Assembly: GCA_048213135.1 (NCBI GenBank)
Contig: PS015082.1
Location: 292,344 to 324,964, forward strand
Direction of reading: 5' to 3'
Length of the DNA: 32,621 nucleotides
DNA from: Reclinomonas americana ATCC 50394
Taxonomy: Eukaryota
Below are positions 31,401-32,621 of the stretch, piece by piece. Position numbers and translations under genes: made by a program. Under the pieces are notes generated by a model that had not been told where the DNA came from, did no database searches, and was given only the letters and a program-made list of their open reading frames with translations. Numbering within the stretch: position 1 is the first letter of the stretch; each line of letters begins with the position of its first letter.

Positions 31401-32621
31401 AAGGCTGTCACGACTCCAGTGGCTGCAGAAAGATCTTCCACTCCACCTCGCCGCCGCTCTGTACCACAACAACCTGCAGCTGTTCCAATGTCGCCAGCCG
31501 CAACCGTGGAGAACCGTGCCGTCTTCAGCACAATCGGCAACCAAGAGCCCCACCAGCAGCAACCGTCATCGCAATCAGCGTTGCCAGCGGAGCAGTCCCC
31601 GGTGAACGAGCGATCGGTTGCGAATGTGCAATGCACCGAGGAGGCATCGCCTGTATTCGTGGAGCCAGTACCGCTTCCACCGTCGGCACTGGTATCACCT
31701 TGCACGGAACGAGACGAGCAGACGCACGTGGAGGCAAGTGCTGAACCGCTCCCTGCCAGCGCTGAACAGTCGGAACCCTCGGTCACAGACATTTTGTCGT
31801 CGACCGCCGCCTCAGCAGCTCCAGTGCCACCGCCACCTGTGGTACGATCAGGCACCACTCGCGGCAGCGTGGAGGGAGTGCAAGTGGAGCGTCAGCCACC
31901 GACTTCCGCGGCGCCCAAGGAGGACAGCCCTCGAGCACAGCCGCAGCAGCAGCAATCGAGAAGCTCCAACCCGGCAATCCCTGCAACGGCCGTCTTGTCG
32001 GCTGCCGCTCTGGCCGAGGACGTAGTGTCTGCCACACCGACCGAGACGGAGCCACCAACGAGTCAGCTGGCCACTCCCACGAGTGCGACGGAGTGGAGCG
32101 CGCCACAGTCACCCACAGCACCAGCAGTGCTCATTCACGACAAGCCCTCTGCGGCAGCGGCTGTGATCGACGCAGACAGCGACACCGACAGTGCGAGCAT
32201 GGCGCCGTCACTGGTGAGTGCCGAGCTTGTGGCCTCGGAGGTGCCATCGAGCCAGGTCACGCCATCGCAGCCGACATCCAGTGTGTCGGTGCAATTTATG
32301 ACGCCTGCTGTGGAGACGCCGGCAGCAGAAACAACGAGTCAGCAACACCCTGTGGCACCGCCGGCGAGCCCGGCAGTGGCGGAACCTGCAGTTGAGCGCA
32401 ATGTCCCCAACACGCAGCCTTTACAGAGAGTGGCCAGTGTGGAAGGCCTGGCTGGCGTACCTGTGATGCCGCCAGTGTCTTCTGCATTGCAGCAGCAGCC
32501 GCCGCCACCGCCAACAGAGTCACCGCCGGTCTCACCTGCGCCGAAACTGCCACCTGCAACACCGCCACCAGCCGAGTCTTCGGCGGTCGCCGCACCCGGC
32601 ACCGACGTCACTGACTTGTTC
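28470..32621 (+). CDS. Claudin/PMP22-superfamily-like tetraspan membrane protein with very long disordered C-terminal tail (3' partial)
   Basis: Exons 28470-28630, 28715-28774, 28861-28924, 29004-29108, 29174-29301, 29387->32621. There are four hydrophobic segments, a first loop ATNHW...GLSTGSTCIASRPC (W-GL-C-C-like) and GYSYIVAW at TM4. The last exon is open to the window end, so the ORF track omits it. Confidence 0.72.
30348..31290 (+). repeat. Coding tandem repeat, 6 units of 165-180 nt (core HAHFGGDIVGHESRHRLKSPPPPAPT + acidic linker)
   Basis: Cores start at 30348, 30528, 30702, 30879, 31050 and 31215. The spacings (180/174/177/171/165) are all multiples of 3. Confidence 0.93.

Noticed and set aside
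1-32621. Mobile elements, tRNA/rRNA genes, or an alternative genetic code
   Set aside because: No transposase or RT motifs, terminal repeats or RNA gene structures were recognised. All in-frame stops examined are explained by introns under the standard code.

Overview
Eukaryotic, GC-rich, gene-dense scaffold with short (about 55-90 nt) GT-AG spliceosomal introns and several N gaps. The organism is probably a unicellular protist and cannot be identified from this window. Manual splicing gives seven genes in strictly alternating orientation. (1) A 5'-truncated giant fibrocystin-L/PKHD1L1-like type I membrane protein (IPT/TIG, PA14, F5/8C-like, two G8 plus beta-helix regions, PT stalk, TM) whose tail ends in a GAR (Gas2-related)-like domain. 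(2) An AANAT-like GNAT acetyltransferase with a presequence-like N-terminus. (3) MIA40/CHCHD4. (4) An NDUFAF8-like twin-CX9C protein. (5) Geranylgeranyltransferase-I beta. (6) A large type I membrane protein built from a duplicated cadherin-like + NHL + Ig-like module. (7) A claudin/PMP22-like tetraspan with a >1000-aa repetitive tail that the ORF track misses. Three gap-flanked fragments of gene 1 are reverse-complemented in place. About 13 introns use an atypical GTTGCG donor. All domain calls come from reading motifs by eye; no searches were run.
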